From positions 57,598,001-57,662,000 of the forward strand of contig CM060732.1 in NCBI GenBank assembly GCA_030704615.1: 64,000 nt of DNA. The letters run 5' to 3'. Below the pieces are notes generated by a model. The model had not been told where the DNA came from and made no database searches. It saw only the letters and a program-made list of their open reading frames with translations. A program made the translations under genes and the position numbers. Every line of letters starts with the position of its first letter. Position 1 is the stretch's first letter. This DNA comes from Takakia lepidozioides. Taxonomy: Eukaryota > Plantae > Bryophyta. Of this stretch, positions 49,378 through 64,000 are shown one piece after another.

Positions 49378-50962
49378 CTATCAATATATAAAGCGAGACG
49401 TTTGTTTTGTTTTGTAGCGTCGTTGAGATCTCCCAACCCCGCGGGGCTCCAACGCAAGTGCTTGGTGCCATTGGCAAGCCCTCGATGAGGAGGGGTGCAC
49501 CGGCTTGGTCTCATGATTTTTGGACAAGCAGTGAGGGAGATGTGGAATTCCAAGTGCTTTTGGTCACTGGAAATTCACAAAAAATAGCAAAAATGGCAAA
49601 GTGGGCATTCCTGGACAATGGTTGGAGCCTCGAGGGGAGAGATATCAAGGGAAAGGTCTCTGGTTCAAATCTGGTCGTAGGCTCTGTGGGAAAAAAACTT
49701 ACTTAGATGACATTGGGCCGTTGGAAATTCGAGAAAAATAGCAAAGTGGGCATTCCTGGGAGAATGGTTGGAGCCTTGACGGGAGAGACAACAAGGGAGA
49801 GGTCTCCGGTTCAAATCTGGTCATAGGCTATGTGGAAAAAAAAATGATTAGATATGGCTAAATCATGAGACTTAGATGACAGTGGACACTTGGGCCAACG
49901 GCAAAGGCTACCCTAGAGGTCGCATTTGGGCCTCACTTAGGAGACGCACTAGAATACATATGAGATCTTGCACTTGGGCTTAGATGACACCGGGCGTTTG
50001 GGCCAACTGCACAAGCTACCCTAGAGGTCGCATTTGAGCCTCGACATAGGAGACACACTGCTTCAAGAGTTTCCAACGACCCAAAGCACTTGAAATTTCA
50101 GATCTCCCACACCGCTGGTCCAAAAATCATGAGACCAAGCCGGTGCACCCATCCTCACCGAGGGCTTTCCAACGACACCAAGCACCCAAGCTAAGCACCC
50201 AAGTTGGGGCCCACGATTTGGGAGATCCATGACGCTACAAAACAAAACAAACAAAACAAACGTCTCTCTTCATATATTGATAGGGTAGCCTCTGCCATTG
50301 GCGTGTCCAATGTCATCTAAGTCCAAGTGCATCAATATATGAAGCAAGTCATATCCAATCTTTTTTTTTCCACAGAGCCTACGACCAGATTTGAACCGGA
50401 GACCTTTCCCTTGATATCTCCAAGTGCTATCCCCTATATATTCAAGTGTGTCTACTATGTTGAGGCTCAAATGCGACCTCTAAGGTAGCTTGTGCCATTG
50501 GCCCAAATGCCTAGTGTCATCTAGGCCCAAGTGCAAGATCTCATATGTATCCTAGTGCGTCTCCTAAGTGAGGCCCAAATGTGACCTCTAGGGTAGCCTG
50601 TGCCGTTCGCCCAAGTATCCACTCTCATCTAAGTCTAATGATTTAGCCATATCTAATCATTTTTTTTTTCCACGTAGCCTATGACCAGATTTGAACCGGA
50701 GACCTTTCCCTTGTTGTCTCTCCCGTCAAGGCACCAACCATTCTCCCAGGAATGCCCACTTTGCTATTTTTCACGAATTTCCAACGGCCCAATGTCATCT
50801 AAGTAAGATTTTTTTCCACAGAGCCTACAACCAGATTTGAACTGGAGACCTTTCCCTTGATATCTCTCCCCTCAAGGCTCCAACCAGTGTCCCAGGAATG
50901 CCCACTTTGCTATTTTTTGTGAATTTCCAGCAACCAAAAGTACTTGGAATTCCACATCTCCT
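49378..50962. repeat. Compound inverted-repeat (foldback) element with tRNA-like subunits
   Basis: 49378-49570 is inverted at 50070-50283, and 49535-50058 is inverted at 50445-50962. Confidence 0.85.
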
Positions 50963-50964
50963 TG

Positions 50965-51125
50965 CGAGTTTTTCAGCAAATATTTCAGTATTTCAGCGAG
51001 TATTTCAGCAAGTATTTTAGTATTTCAGCCAGTTTTTCAGCAAATATATTATATTTCAGCCAGTTCTTCAACAATTATTTTAATATTTCAGTGGGTATTT
51101 CAACAAGCATTTCAATATTTTAATA
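50965..51125. repeat. Low-complexity TTTCAG(C/T) repeat tract
   Basis: Read directly. Confidence 0.7.
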
Positions 51126-51730
51126 ACTAGTAAATTCGAAGATCAGTTTTGTAATATCATACATCAATATTCAATTCACACATCAATAAAGTTCTGCTAG
51201 TGCTTCTGTCCCCGACTTTATAAATAAATAAATAAATAAATTTTCCTCTTATGCAGAACATGTTTGTCATATAGTTGGGCCAAAAAAAAAAAACGAATAT
51301 GTGATATGTATATGATATTTTATTTTAATATAATATTCTTAAGAAATTTTCAACTTAAGAGTTTTAGGGTGGAGCTACTAGCCGCTTGTTTTTAACCCAC
51401 TTCATGCCTCTGCTGGGGTACATCATATGAACGTAGCCGTATAGGGTTGGTCTCGGTCTCCAAACTGTCAACATCATTTTCTGGATGCAAAGTTACTAGA
51501 GCTACATTGCAGATATGTGCAAGGATCCTACACAATATCAAGAATTCATGTGAAGGCCCAAATGCAATTTTGGCAGGGGCGCTTCAGCTATGGCATTGTT
51601 GCTTGCAACTTCCCGACATCTTCGTTTGCAACTTCCTGAGAGAGTTCCACTGAACGTACAGCGACTTTGCATGCCGTGGGGAGGAAGTAAAACATATCCC
51701 CTGGTCACCGGGATTTGGCTCCCAATTAGT

Positions 51731-51741
51731 GTATATAAAAA
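51731..51741 (+). promoter_or_regulatory. Candidate TATA box of the aldo-keto reductase gene
   Basis: TATATAAAAA about 260 bp upstream of the ATG. Confidence 0.4.
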
Positions 51742-51986
51742 GTTTCTCTGTTCCCAGACGAGGCCATAAATTCAGTTTCTGCAGTCGCAGTCAGTCTCAT
51801 CTCTCCCACGATCGTTAGCCTAAAACAACTTTGCATTGGCACGTAGAGGAGCGACTGTCTGTCCGTGGGCACATTGGGCACAGTTTTCAGCTCAAGGATT
51901 GTGAGTGTGATCTCTGTCTAGGCAGCTCAACTCTGTGAGTCATCCATTTGGGCACCACTGGTTGGAAGATCAAGCTCGGAGGTTGA

Positions 51987-55217
<3,231 letters not shown>

Positions 55218-56339
55218 GACATATACAAAGTCGCAACTCAATACAAGTGCAACCACAGCTTGCAGTGTGGTGGTCCCGTGGAATCCAATGTTACCCTTTC
55301 GAAGCACGGTTGCTGGAAAGCTGTACTTTCTTGTGGGAGATCTCAGCTCACAGCCTCACAGTCAAATGACTAAATAATGATTGCCTATTTTCAGTGCAGT
55401 TCCATAGCTGCGAACCTAGGTACTAGAGATAGAATCGAAAATGGGGGAAGGTATACAATCATGCAGAGGTACTTCAAACCCAGCAGATAGTATTCAATCA
55501 GGAATCCATGATGAGAGCTTTGTCAATAGTACCTACGGGGAAGCTCTAGTAACCAGTGGCTGAAGAGCTTCCTCGTAATCAGGCCAGCACATATATAACA
55601 TGGCAACGCCATTGAACAAATTTGAAGAAAAATTCGTAGCACCACAACTAATATTTGGTCAAAATCTATCAACTCTAAGGTAACGAACAGTTTGGACTGC
55701 GAGGTAGTAGATACCAGTGTTGGTTTGGTATTTTTAATTGGAAATACCAGAAAGGTCCTGGTATGCACTGCCACTTTTTTTTTTTAAGGCTGGTAGGTTT
55801 TCCAATAATGCAGCCCCTAGATTTCAAGTATCAATCTGGTATGCATGGGTGGTTTAAAAAAAAATTCAATCCGGATATGAGCAATGGTATTTGACTGCCA
55901 ATAACCTGGAATTATGAACTTGGGTATTTGTATTCAAATTCGAAATCAGATGTAAACATTTGGGCACTAGAATGGCAGTTTTGCTAGCACGGCAACAAAC
56001 GCATGAACACAACATGACTTAAGTAAATTGAGACCAAACAAATGCCCATGCCATCAATTTCTCTCACACTATAGAGAGATCAACTATTGTCCATGCAAGG
56101 GCATGTCTCAATGCAGAAAGCAACAGAACCCATGGTGGCAAGTCAGCCTTTTTCTGGCGTTGCTCTGTTATATCTGTTGTGAAGTAGAACTAGTGGCTTC
56201 ACTATCTCCACTCATCTTGTCTGACTGGTCCCTAGACCGTTTCGGAAGAGGACTGTCTACTGTAGGGTATGAAAACCGCTAGCTTGGACACAAAGCCTAA
56301 TTGACCCTGCAAACAATCAAAACTTGTTCTAGGCTCCCT

Positions 56340-59087
56340 TCAAACTTTGATCCCTTTTGTTCTTACTCTATGCTATGGACTGTGCTGGGCAAGAAACATG
56401 GGAAATGTCGGATAAACTGGTTGGAGATGTCAATGGTTATAAATGGGCAGGTAAGATGTGTACTCTCAAGGCAGCCTTTGCCAAACGTGGTCAAAAAGGG
56501 GTTGGATTCTTTGTCCGTGATTTCTTATTTGACAATTGTGAAATTATCAACAAGGGTTTGAGGTACGAGCATAGTATCTGGCTAAAACTGAATCTGAAGG
56601 GCGGCATGAGTACAAAGGACCTCTTTGTGGGTTGTGTTTACATGCCCACAGAGGGGACCCTTAGTGCTGACTCAGACAAAGCCTTCGAAGATGTAAAGCT
56701 GGACTGTGCTTCGTTCCTTGCCAAAGGTCAGGTGGTACTATTGGGGGACTTCAATGCCCGGGTGGGCAAAGGGATCCATCAGGACGATATCATTGGACCT
56801 TTTGGTGAGGACGAGCTGAATTCTAATGGCAGACGGTTAATTAACTGTCTAGAAGAGCTTCAGCTTTTGACCTTGAATAACAGGACAAGAGGTGACCAAG
56901 TGCAGTGGACTCGTGAGAAATCCCAAACTGGGGAACGTTCCATTGTGCACTATATCATAATGGACAAAATTTTGTTCCCCCAGTGTGCCAATGTGTTGAT
57001 CGACAGAACTGATATTGGTACCTCTGACCACTTCCTGGTTTGGACTGAGATCAAAAGGTGTTTTCCCACCACCAAGAGATCTGTGAAACGTTCGATTCGG
57101 AAGTGGCGCATAGAAAAATTCCACAATGAGGAGGTCAAGGCTGAGTACGTCCAGGCCTTGCAAGAGGCTCTCCCTCATTTTGTCCAATCGCTCCAAGAAC
57201 TTCAGTCACGCTCTGTTAACGCAAGAAATGAAGTCGAAAGAGCAGTGGACTCTTGGGAGAGTTTCGTTTCCTCCGTGGCTGACAAGATCATTGGGAGGAA
57301 ACTAATTGTCTGCGGTAGAGCAGTTAATTGGTGGACCAATGAGATTAAACTCAAGATAGCTGAGAGACGAGCCCTCTATAAAGAGTGCTGCAATTTGGAA
57401 ACCAACACAGAATTGTGGGCGAGGTACTACCAGCTCCGTAAAGATATCAATCAGCTTGTTAGGTCTCAGAAGAAATTATACTGGGACAAGTTATACAGTG
57501 AAATAAACTCAAACCACCATGGTGGTAATGACAAGAAATTCTGGTTGGCCCTTCAACGTTTGTACAAGCCAAAAAACGGTCAGCAAGTACAAGCGCTGAA
57601 GACTACTAAAGGTGCAGTGGTGACTTCATCGGTTGACATTGTCAAAACCTTTGAAACTCACTACAGTATCCTTGGCAGAACTTCTAGGTCTAATAGTGAG
57701 GGGTCTTCTGCTGAATGGAGGGACAAAGTTGGAAAAACTGTTCCTATGATTCAAAACAGCCCTGATGAACTGAAGTATATTTCAATGGCTATAATGCTCC
57801 CATTAGTTCTTCTCAGATTGTGGAAGCAATTGAACATTTAAATGGATATAAAGCTGGTGGACCTGATGGTATTGTCAACGAGCTTATCAAGCACGGTGGC
57901 GATCCCATGATAGAGGCCCTAGTTCTCCTTTTTAACCTTATCTGGAAGACTGAAATGATCCCCTTTCGCTGGCGACAGGGGGTCATTGTCAATCTATACA
58001 AGAAGGGTGACAGAGAAGAACCGGGGAACTACTGTGGCATCACGCTCCTCAATGCTGTTGGCAAGACATTCTGCAGAGTTATAAGTACTCGTCTCGAGGT
58101 TGATCTGGAGTCTAGAGGTTGTTTCCACGAAGGCCAAGCTGGCTTTCAGCGAAACAGGGGCTGTGTGGATCATATCTTCACTCTAAGCCAGATTATCCAG
58201 GGAAGGAAAAAAAAAAGGAAACCCACTTATGTTTTTTTCCTGGATGTCAAAAAGACTTATGACACAGTGTGGAGAGATGGCCTATGGTTCCCCCTTTGGT
58301 CTTGTGGGATCAAGGGAAAGATGTGGAGAGTTGTCCACAACTTGTATACTCACACCAAAAGTTGTGTCACTGTTAACGGACAGAAGTCCAACTTCTTTGA
58401 CATAGACCAAGGTGTACCTCAAGGATGTACTCTCTCCCCTCTGCTCTTCAATGTTTTCATCAATCAACTCCTCGAGGATGTGGAAAGTGAGGGATTTGGG
58501 TTAAGGGTGGGTGATACCACCATACCAGCCCTTATGTTTGCGGATGACTTCGCAGGCATAGGGGAGACTCCAACCAATCTCCAGGAGTTGATTGATTGCG
58601 CGAAGAGATACTTTGATCTTTGGGGGCTAGAGGCTAATGTCAGCAAATGTGCATTGGTAGCATTCAACGACAGAGGAGAGGGAGGAAGTGATCTTAAGTG
58701 GCAGTGGGGTAGCCAAGAGATCCCGGTCCTCCCTTCCTACACTTACATGGGCGTTGAGTTTTCCTCCAATTGTAATTGGGATGCACATATCCGGAAAGTT
58801 GTTCAAACTGGCAAGGGCAAAGCTCTTGGGCTCACTAAATTTTTCCACTGCAGAGGGGTCAACACTGAGGTTAAGAAAACCATGCTTTGTCGCGTTATTA
58901 GACCTGCCTTGGAGTACGGATCTGCTATATGGGTTGATAACTCCAACCAGGCTAAGTCTCTAGAATCCATTCAAGTGGGGGTGCTTAAGGAGTGTATGTC
59001 AGCATGCTCCAAAACAGCCAATGTGACTGTTCAGGGTGAGTTTGGCATTCCGTCCTTAAGCTCCCGACGAGATGAATTCAAGGTCAG
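56340..59087 (+). mobile_element. LINE ORF2 (APE endonuclease + RT), 5'- and 3'-truncated, one frameshift near 57780
   Basis: GQETW, LGDFNARVG, TSDH, KAGGPDG, QAGF, FLDVKKTYD, GVPQGCTLSP, FADD and YTYMG. Confidence 0.93.
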
Positions 59088-62000
59088 ATGGTTGCCCAAA
59101 ATAAAGTTTTCTTGCAATGTGGAGCAATTTTTAATAATTGTCCAATGGTAATTTGAGTCTTGGTCTGGCAGATTACTTTGGCCAATTCTGTTTCTGTGGT
59201 TGTATTCGTGGTCTTCACCGTTGGTCTGATTTGCTTATCTGGAGTTGGTTCTCCAGAAGGTATATGGGTTCCCTCTTGCATTTGAGCTATGGCTCTACTT
59301 ACCTCCTGGTGTAAGTTATTTTCCTCCTGTCATGCCGCACTTTCTGGATATTGTTTCCGTTCTTCTTCAATATCCTTATCTGGAGGTTTTTGTTTCTTGG
59401 CCTGGGTTCGGATTACCGCAAGGGTATCCACTACATGGGTTACCACACTTACGGCTACACTTGGTCCGGCTTCCATATTTCCCACTTCTGCCTCATGCTT
59501 GATTCGCAACTGGCATTCATGTTTCCAATGCCCCCCTTTCTTGCGATAGTGGCATCTCGTGCTTTCTTTGTTTTTGGGTTGATGTTCCCTATCCCGTGGT
59601 GGATATTCATCACGTGGCCTCTGATAACGATTACCCATATTGTATCGTCTTGGTTCGTCCGATCCTCCCCGTCGGATTTGGACTTGGTGTACCCCCACCT
59701 CTCGTGTGTACCCACTCTTCTTGGCCCGTTGGTTGTAAATACAATGGCTGGTATTATGATTGTTCATATGACAAATATCACAGTATTTGTCCTTCATATG
59801 GCATTCCGTTGTCAGGTGTCCTGCAGTCCCGCATTCGTGACACCATGTTGCCTTTCGTGGCCCTTCATCTTAAAATTCTTGATAGCCACTGCTATCTTTT
59901 GATCCAAAGTGGTTTTGTCAATCACTTCTTTCTTCTTTTGCTTGGGCTAGTATGCCGTCACCCTGGCCGCGCGCGACCAGGGCTCGTCACTAGGTAGCAT
60001 GTGTCGTTCTTTTCTTCATCGTCAGAGTCTTCTTCTTCCAAGGGATCCTTGGAATCTTTGCTTCTGCTCTGATGGAATCCCAATTCCAACTTCTTTGCAG
60101 TCCCTATTGCTTCAGCCAAAGTGTTGTTAGGCATGACTGTAACCATGGTTACGTATTCAGGACGAAGTCCATTGATGAACCATGATTTTTGCAAATTATC
60201 CCCTGGTGCTTGAGGTAGCTTCCTGATCAGAGTCTTCATTCTCTCCAGGTAGTCGACTACCAATTCTTTCTTTTTTTGTCTCAGGTTCTGTAATCTTGTG
60301 AAGATTTCAGACGTGGATTTGTTGGATCTATCTCTTTCTTGAAACGTGGCTCTCATATCCGCCCAATTTGCAAAGTGATTGGCTGGGAAGGTTGCCAACC
60401 ATTCAATGCCTTTCCGGGCCATTGAACAAGGAAATAATCGGATCTTTTCCTGGTCTGTTGCTTCATTGTAAATGGTGCACATGTTCTCAAATTGAATAAG
60501 ATGGATATCTGGATCAGATTTCCCATCATATAAAAAAAATGGTGGTCTGGTTTTGCTTGCTGCTAAAGCCATTGGTGCTGTTGGTGCAACTGTTTGCCCA
60601 AACTGGGATGGTCCCGCTGCTGCTGGCTGTGGTGGTGTTGGTGTTTGTCTTCCAAACAGTGATTCAAAGCTAGGAGGCCCTTGTCCCAATGATAGCCGTC
60701 TTCCAGCTGCTGTCCCTACTAAGCTTAATGAATCTTTAAAAGCTTTGAGTGCGGTTTTGGTTATCCTTTCTGGAGAATTGGTTTCACTTCTTTCACCTTC
60801 TTCACTCAAAATGGTATCAAATCTTTCTTCTAATATTTCAGCAAAGCCTCGATTTGGACTTGTTACTGTAGAAGGTCCTTCAGATCTTTCTTGTGGTAAC
60901 CATTCACCAAGTGCATTACTGGCAACTTCTTCTGGTGAAGTGTTCCCACTTCCCACCGATCCAATTTCCTGATCTTCTGGTTTATCACTGTCAATTTGTC
61001 TTGATGTCTAACCTTGAATAATATTCAAGTTCTGTAATTCTGGGAACTCTTCTCTTAACCGAGCCTCCTTTTCTGCAGCATATTTCTCTATTCGTTCAGC
61101 TCTGTCTTGTTTAGCTTTTTCTTTAATTTCCTCATTCATTCCCACATCATATGCAGAATTCCTTTTCAACGCCCTTTAAACAGTCTTGGTATGTCAGTAA
61201 AGAAAATTTATAGTGGTCTCTACCCTTTCTCCAAGATTTACCTTATCTTGCCAGAATCCGTATTACGACTTAATTTTCTTTTTATTGATTGATCACCAAT
61301 CTTTTAATGGGCACAATAATACCATCTGTCTTTTTCAGTGTATCTGACTTGCAACAAGTCTTTGGGTATCCAGTACTCCACTGCTTCTATGATCGTGTGA
61401 CAATATTCATAATTTGAACATCCTTCTCTGAAAATATAACTAGTGTAGCAAACTTTTCTGATTGGGATTAGAGTAATCAATAAAGCTAGACGAGACAACC
61501 ATTCTTCACTTCTAATTCTACATTCCCAAGGTGCTCGTGTAATACTGATCACTCCTCCCTTCAATCCCCATTTGTCATCTTCTTTCGCAACTGAAAGAAA
61601 GATCTTCTGTTGTATTGCTATTGGTAAGCCATGAAATTTCTCTAGGAATGTTTTTCATTCCTTTGCTTCCGTTGACTCGTTCTGTCGTGATTTCAAGAAA
61701 TCACTGAGTAACCATCCTTCTTTGAGTACTCTTGAAATCAACATACCGTTAGTCCCCAGTATGGTCGCCAAATGTTAACCGCTGGTTTTCATACAACAAT
61801 TGATAGTCAAGGCAAAACAAGAACTATCCTGAGATAATACACATTCTCACTATCTCACATTCCCTCATAATGCACATTCTCTCCATCTCACATTCACAGA
61901 TACTTCGAATAGAATGGCTTTACTTCAGAGTTCGTCACATCGTCACGGAAGTACACACTCAATACGCACTGATCACGGATACTCATACTCATATTGCTCT

Positions 62001-62100
62001 TCCTCTAAGTCGCGTGCAGCCTTTTTATACTATGCTCGAAAGAGCCGTTACAGTCTGCGGTCGTTAATGACCATTTGCCTAACTGCCTATGCAACCTAAA
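59088..62100 (-). mobile_element. Truncated non-chromovirus (Tat-like) Ty3/gypsy: 5' LTR, PBS, upstream ORF remnant, gag
   Basis: PBS TGGCGACCATACTGGGGAC (61752-61770) lies just after the LTR end ..TTAACA. Gag YDGKSDP..LRQKKKE..FINGL and knuckles CDICHMNNH and CHY..GHWKHEC. Outer LTR boundary uncertain. Confidence 0.8.
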
Positions 62101-62811
62101 AGGTTTGCTAAAAAGTGGCTCATTGCAGTGGTCGTGTAGTGTGAAAAGAAGGGGGCATAAATCCCCTTCTAGTTAACTCCTAAATTGTTCCTTACCCAAA
62201 TATACACTTACTGCCCTATGACTCACACCACAAGAATTACTTCTACTCTATTCATGACCAAAGATTGGGTACCCTCATCCACGCCGCAGCGGAAGAGAAG
62301 ACATGGACAGGGGTTGAGAAGTTTCTCTAATTTATAACTTGGCTCATTTATAAACAGGGTATTGCATATGCCAGGGTTCTGTTTCCTAAATGTTTCAACA
62401 CATACATTATCACAAAATCAGGTTAGCCAGCACCCATGAAGAGCAATCACTTGATAATACTGGCAGACGAGTTCCATGAAGTACACATCAAGTTTTGTGG
62501 TCATTGGTTCAACTACAACCAGCTCCGGGTTTTCCACACACATAACCTCACTTTGATGATCCACCATTCCTCTTTCAAGATCTCTTTTCCCCATCCCTTT
62601 GCATCAAGGATGTATGAAAGTTACACACACTCGCCTGCTACTCAATGCAAATTCCCAATTGTACCCCATATTGAGCTATGCACAGGCACATGAGGAAGCA
62701 ACTCAGCCAGCTTGTATGCCAATTGCTTGTCCTCATCAGGTGGTGGCCTATCATCTTCTTATGGTGATAATGAAAGTGAACACAATGGAAACACTCCACT
62801 CATGAATTCAC

Positions 62812-63130
62812 TCAATCACATAAACTAAGTGAAGCCAATGGCACCTTTGCTAAAGGAATCCACCCTACAAAGCCCTCACCACACTCCCTCTCAATACCTA
62901 GAGCTATGGAGGTGGGAGAGGCTCATGGAGGCTCAACTATAAGAAGATGAGCCTACCTCAACCCTCACGAGGGGAAAACCCATCCCCATGTCCCAAATGA
63001 GGCTTGACACCTCATTTGGCATGCGAGACCAAATGAAGTCCCAACACACAAAATACAAATGTAAATATCCAAAATGTCCTTATTAACTAGAAGTAGGTAA
63101 TTCTAGTTAACCATGACTAAAACCATGACA
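62812..63130 (-). repeat. Diverged copy of LTR segment B (same family as 23151-23571), ending at the same CATGACA terminus
   Basis: Collinear with ~23255-23571, roughly 90% identical by eye. Abuts an unrelated protease ORF. Confidence 0.9.
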
Positions 63131-64000
63131 CATAGTTTGCACGCCTTGCATGACCAGCGGCACATTTGAGATGTGTTTGTGCGTAGAATCCACGCCACCA
63201 TCTGGTAATAGGATTTGGCAGGGTTGCATGTCTTCTTGAACTAGTCCCAATCTGTCAGCAAAACCCTTTGACAACATGTTATGAGTGTTGCCTGTATCAA
63301 TCAGCACATGAGTGGAAATTCCAGCTACTCTCCCCTGAACCCGTATCACACTGGGGTCATGCGCTATCTGGTCTCCAATGATAGCTGCAGAAACCCGTAC
63401 AATATGACCTTTTCCTTTTTCCTGCCCTGACTTTTCTCCAACTTCAACAACTGTACATGGTTCCGTAGGTTCTTCAACTGTCAAGGCGGCTGTCTATCGA
63501 GACTGACGGTAATTTGGGTACTTCGTACACTCAGCAGCTCTGTGTCCGGGTTCATGGCACAAGAAACACAAACCCTTACGCCTGTGTTCTTTCTGCTCTT
63601 TGAAACTGAGCCTTGGAGGAGCTCTCATGGGCGGTCTCCGTGTGGCTTGATCCCCCACCTTCTTAAACTGTTTAAACCTCTTCCAATTCCCTCTCTTCGC
63701 TGGTGACTACCAAAGACCAGATGATCTAGGCTTGAATTCTGCCGTTCCACGAGCAAAATTCGCCGAATGTTGTGCCCTCATTTCACTCTCAAAATTACAT
63801 GCCAACCGATATGCTTATGTCTCGGTATGAGGATTATGGGCCTTGGCCTTAAATTTGAGAGAATCACTGAGGCCATCAACAAAAAAATCAACTCTGTCCT
63901 CTTCACTCAGTGAGCCTGGGAAATAACTGGCATGGGTTTCAAACCTTGTCTTAAACTCTCCCACGCTCATAGTCTCCTATTTCAGCCTGAACAATTCAAC
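63131..64000 (-). mobile_element. Another Ty3/gypsy remnant (gag C-terminus, Zn knuckle, aspartic protease) running off the window
   Basis: FFVDGL, CFLCHEPGHRAAEC and VLIDTGNTHN. Confidence 0.85.

Overview
Eukaryotic, repeat-dominated DNA, probably from a bryophyte-like plant. That assignment is inferred from GT-AG introns, a PLS-type PPR remnant and the TE families present. The only clearly intact host gene is a 5-exon aldo-keto reductase (51993-55217, +). Most of the window is a nested TE stack. A decayed Ty1/copia element (minus, ~7.55-11.53 kb) is cut by a CACTA end at 11530. That end is interrupted by a ~34.9-kb Mutator-like element (11787-46652) with short TIRs and a 9-bp TSD matching 7/9. 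The Mutator carries a GCM-like/DDE/SWIM transposase, a divergent ParB-like + amino-methyltransferase-like gene, two intact paralogous ~190-aa orphan ORFs, arrays of the palindrome ATTTCGGCGCCGAAAT, a SAM-domain gene remnant and a CACTA transposase. Nested inside it is a 10.2-kb Ty3/gypsy element (13400-23571, minus). Its pol contains a DNMT3-like C5 cytosine methyltransferase between protease and RT and a PHD finger after integrase. It appears to self-prime, with no tRNA PBS. Its LTRs are circularly permuted (B-internal-A-B-A), as if a 2-LTR circle had been integrated through a palindromic site inside the LTR. The right end holds a foldback repeat with tRNA-like units, a LINE, and two more gypsy remnants. 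All domain calls are by-eye motif recognition; no searches were run.
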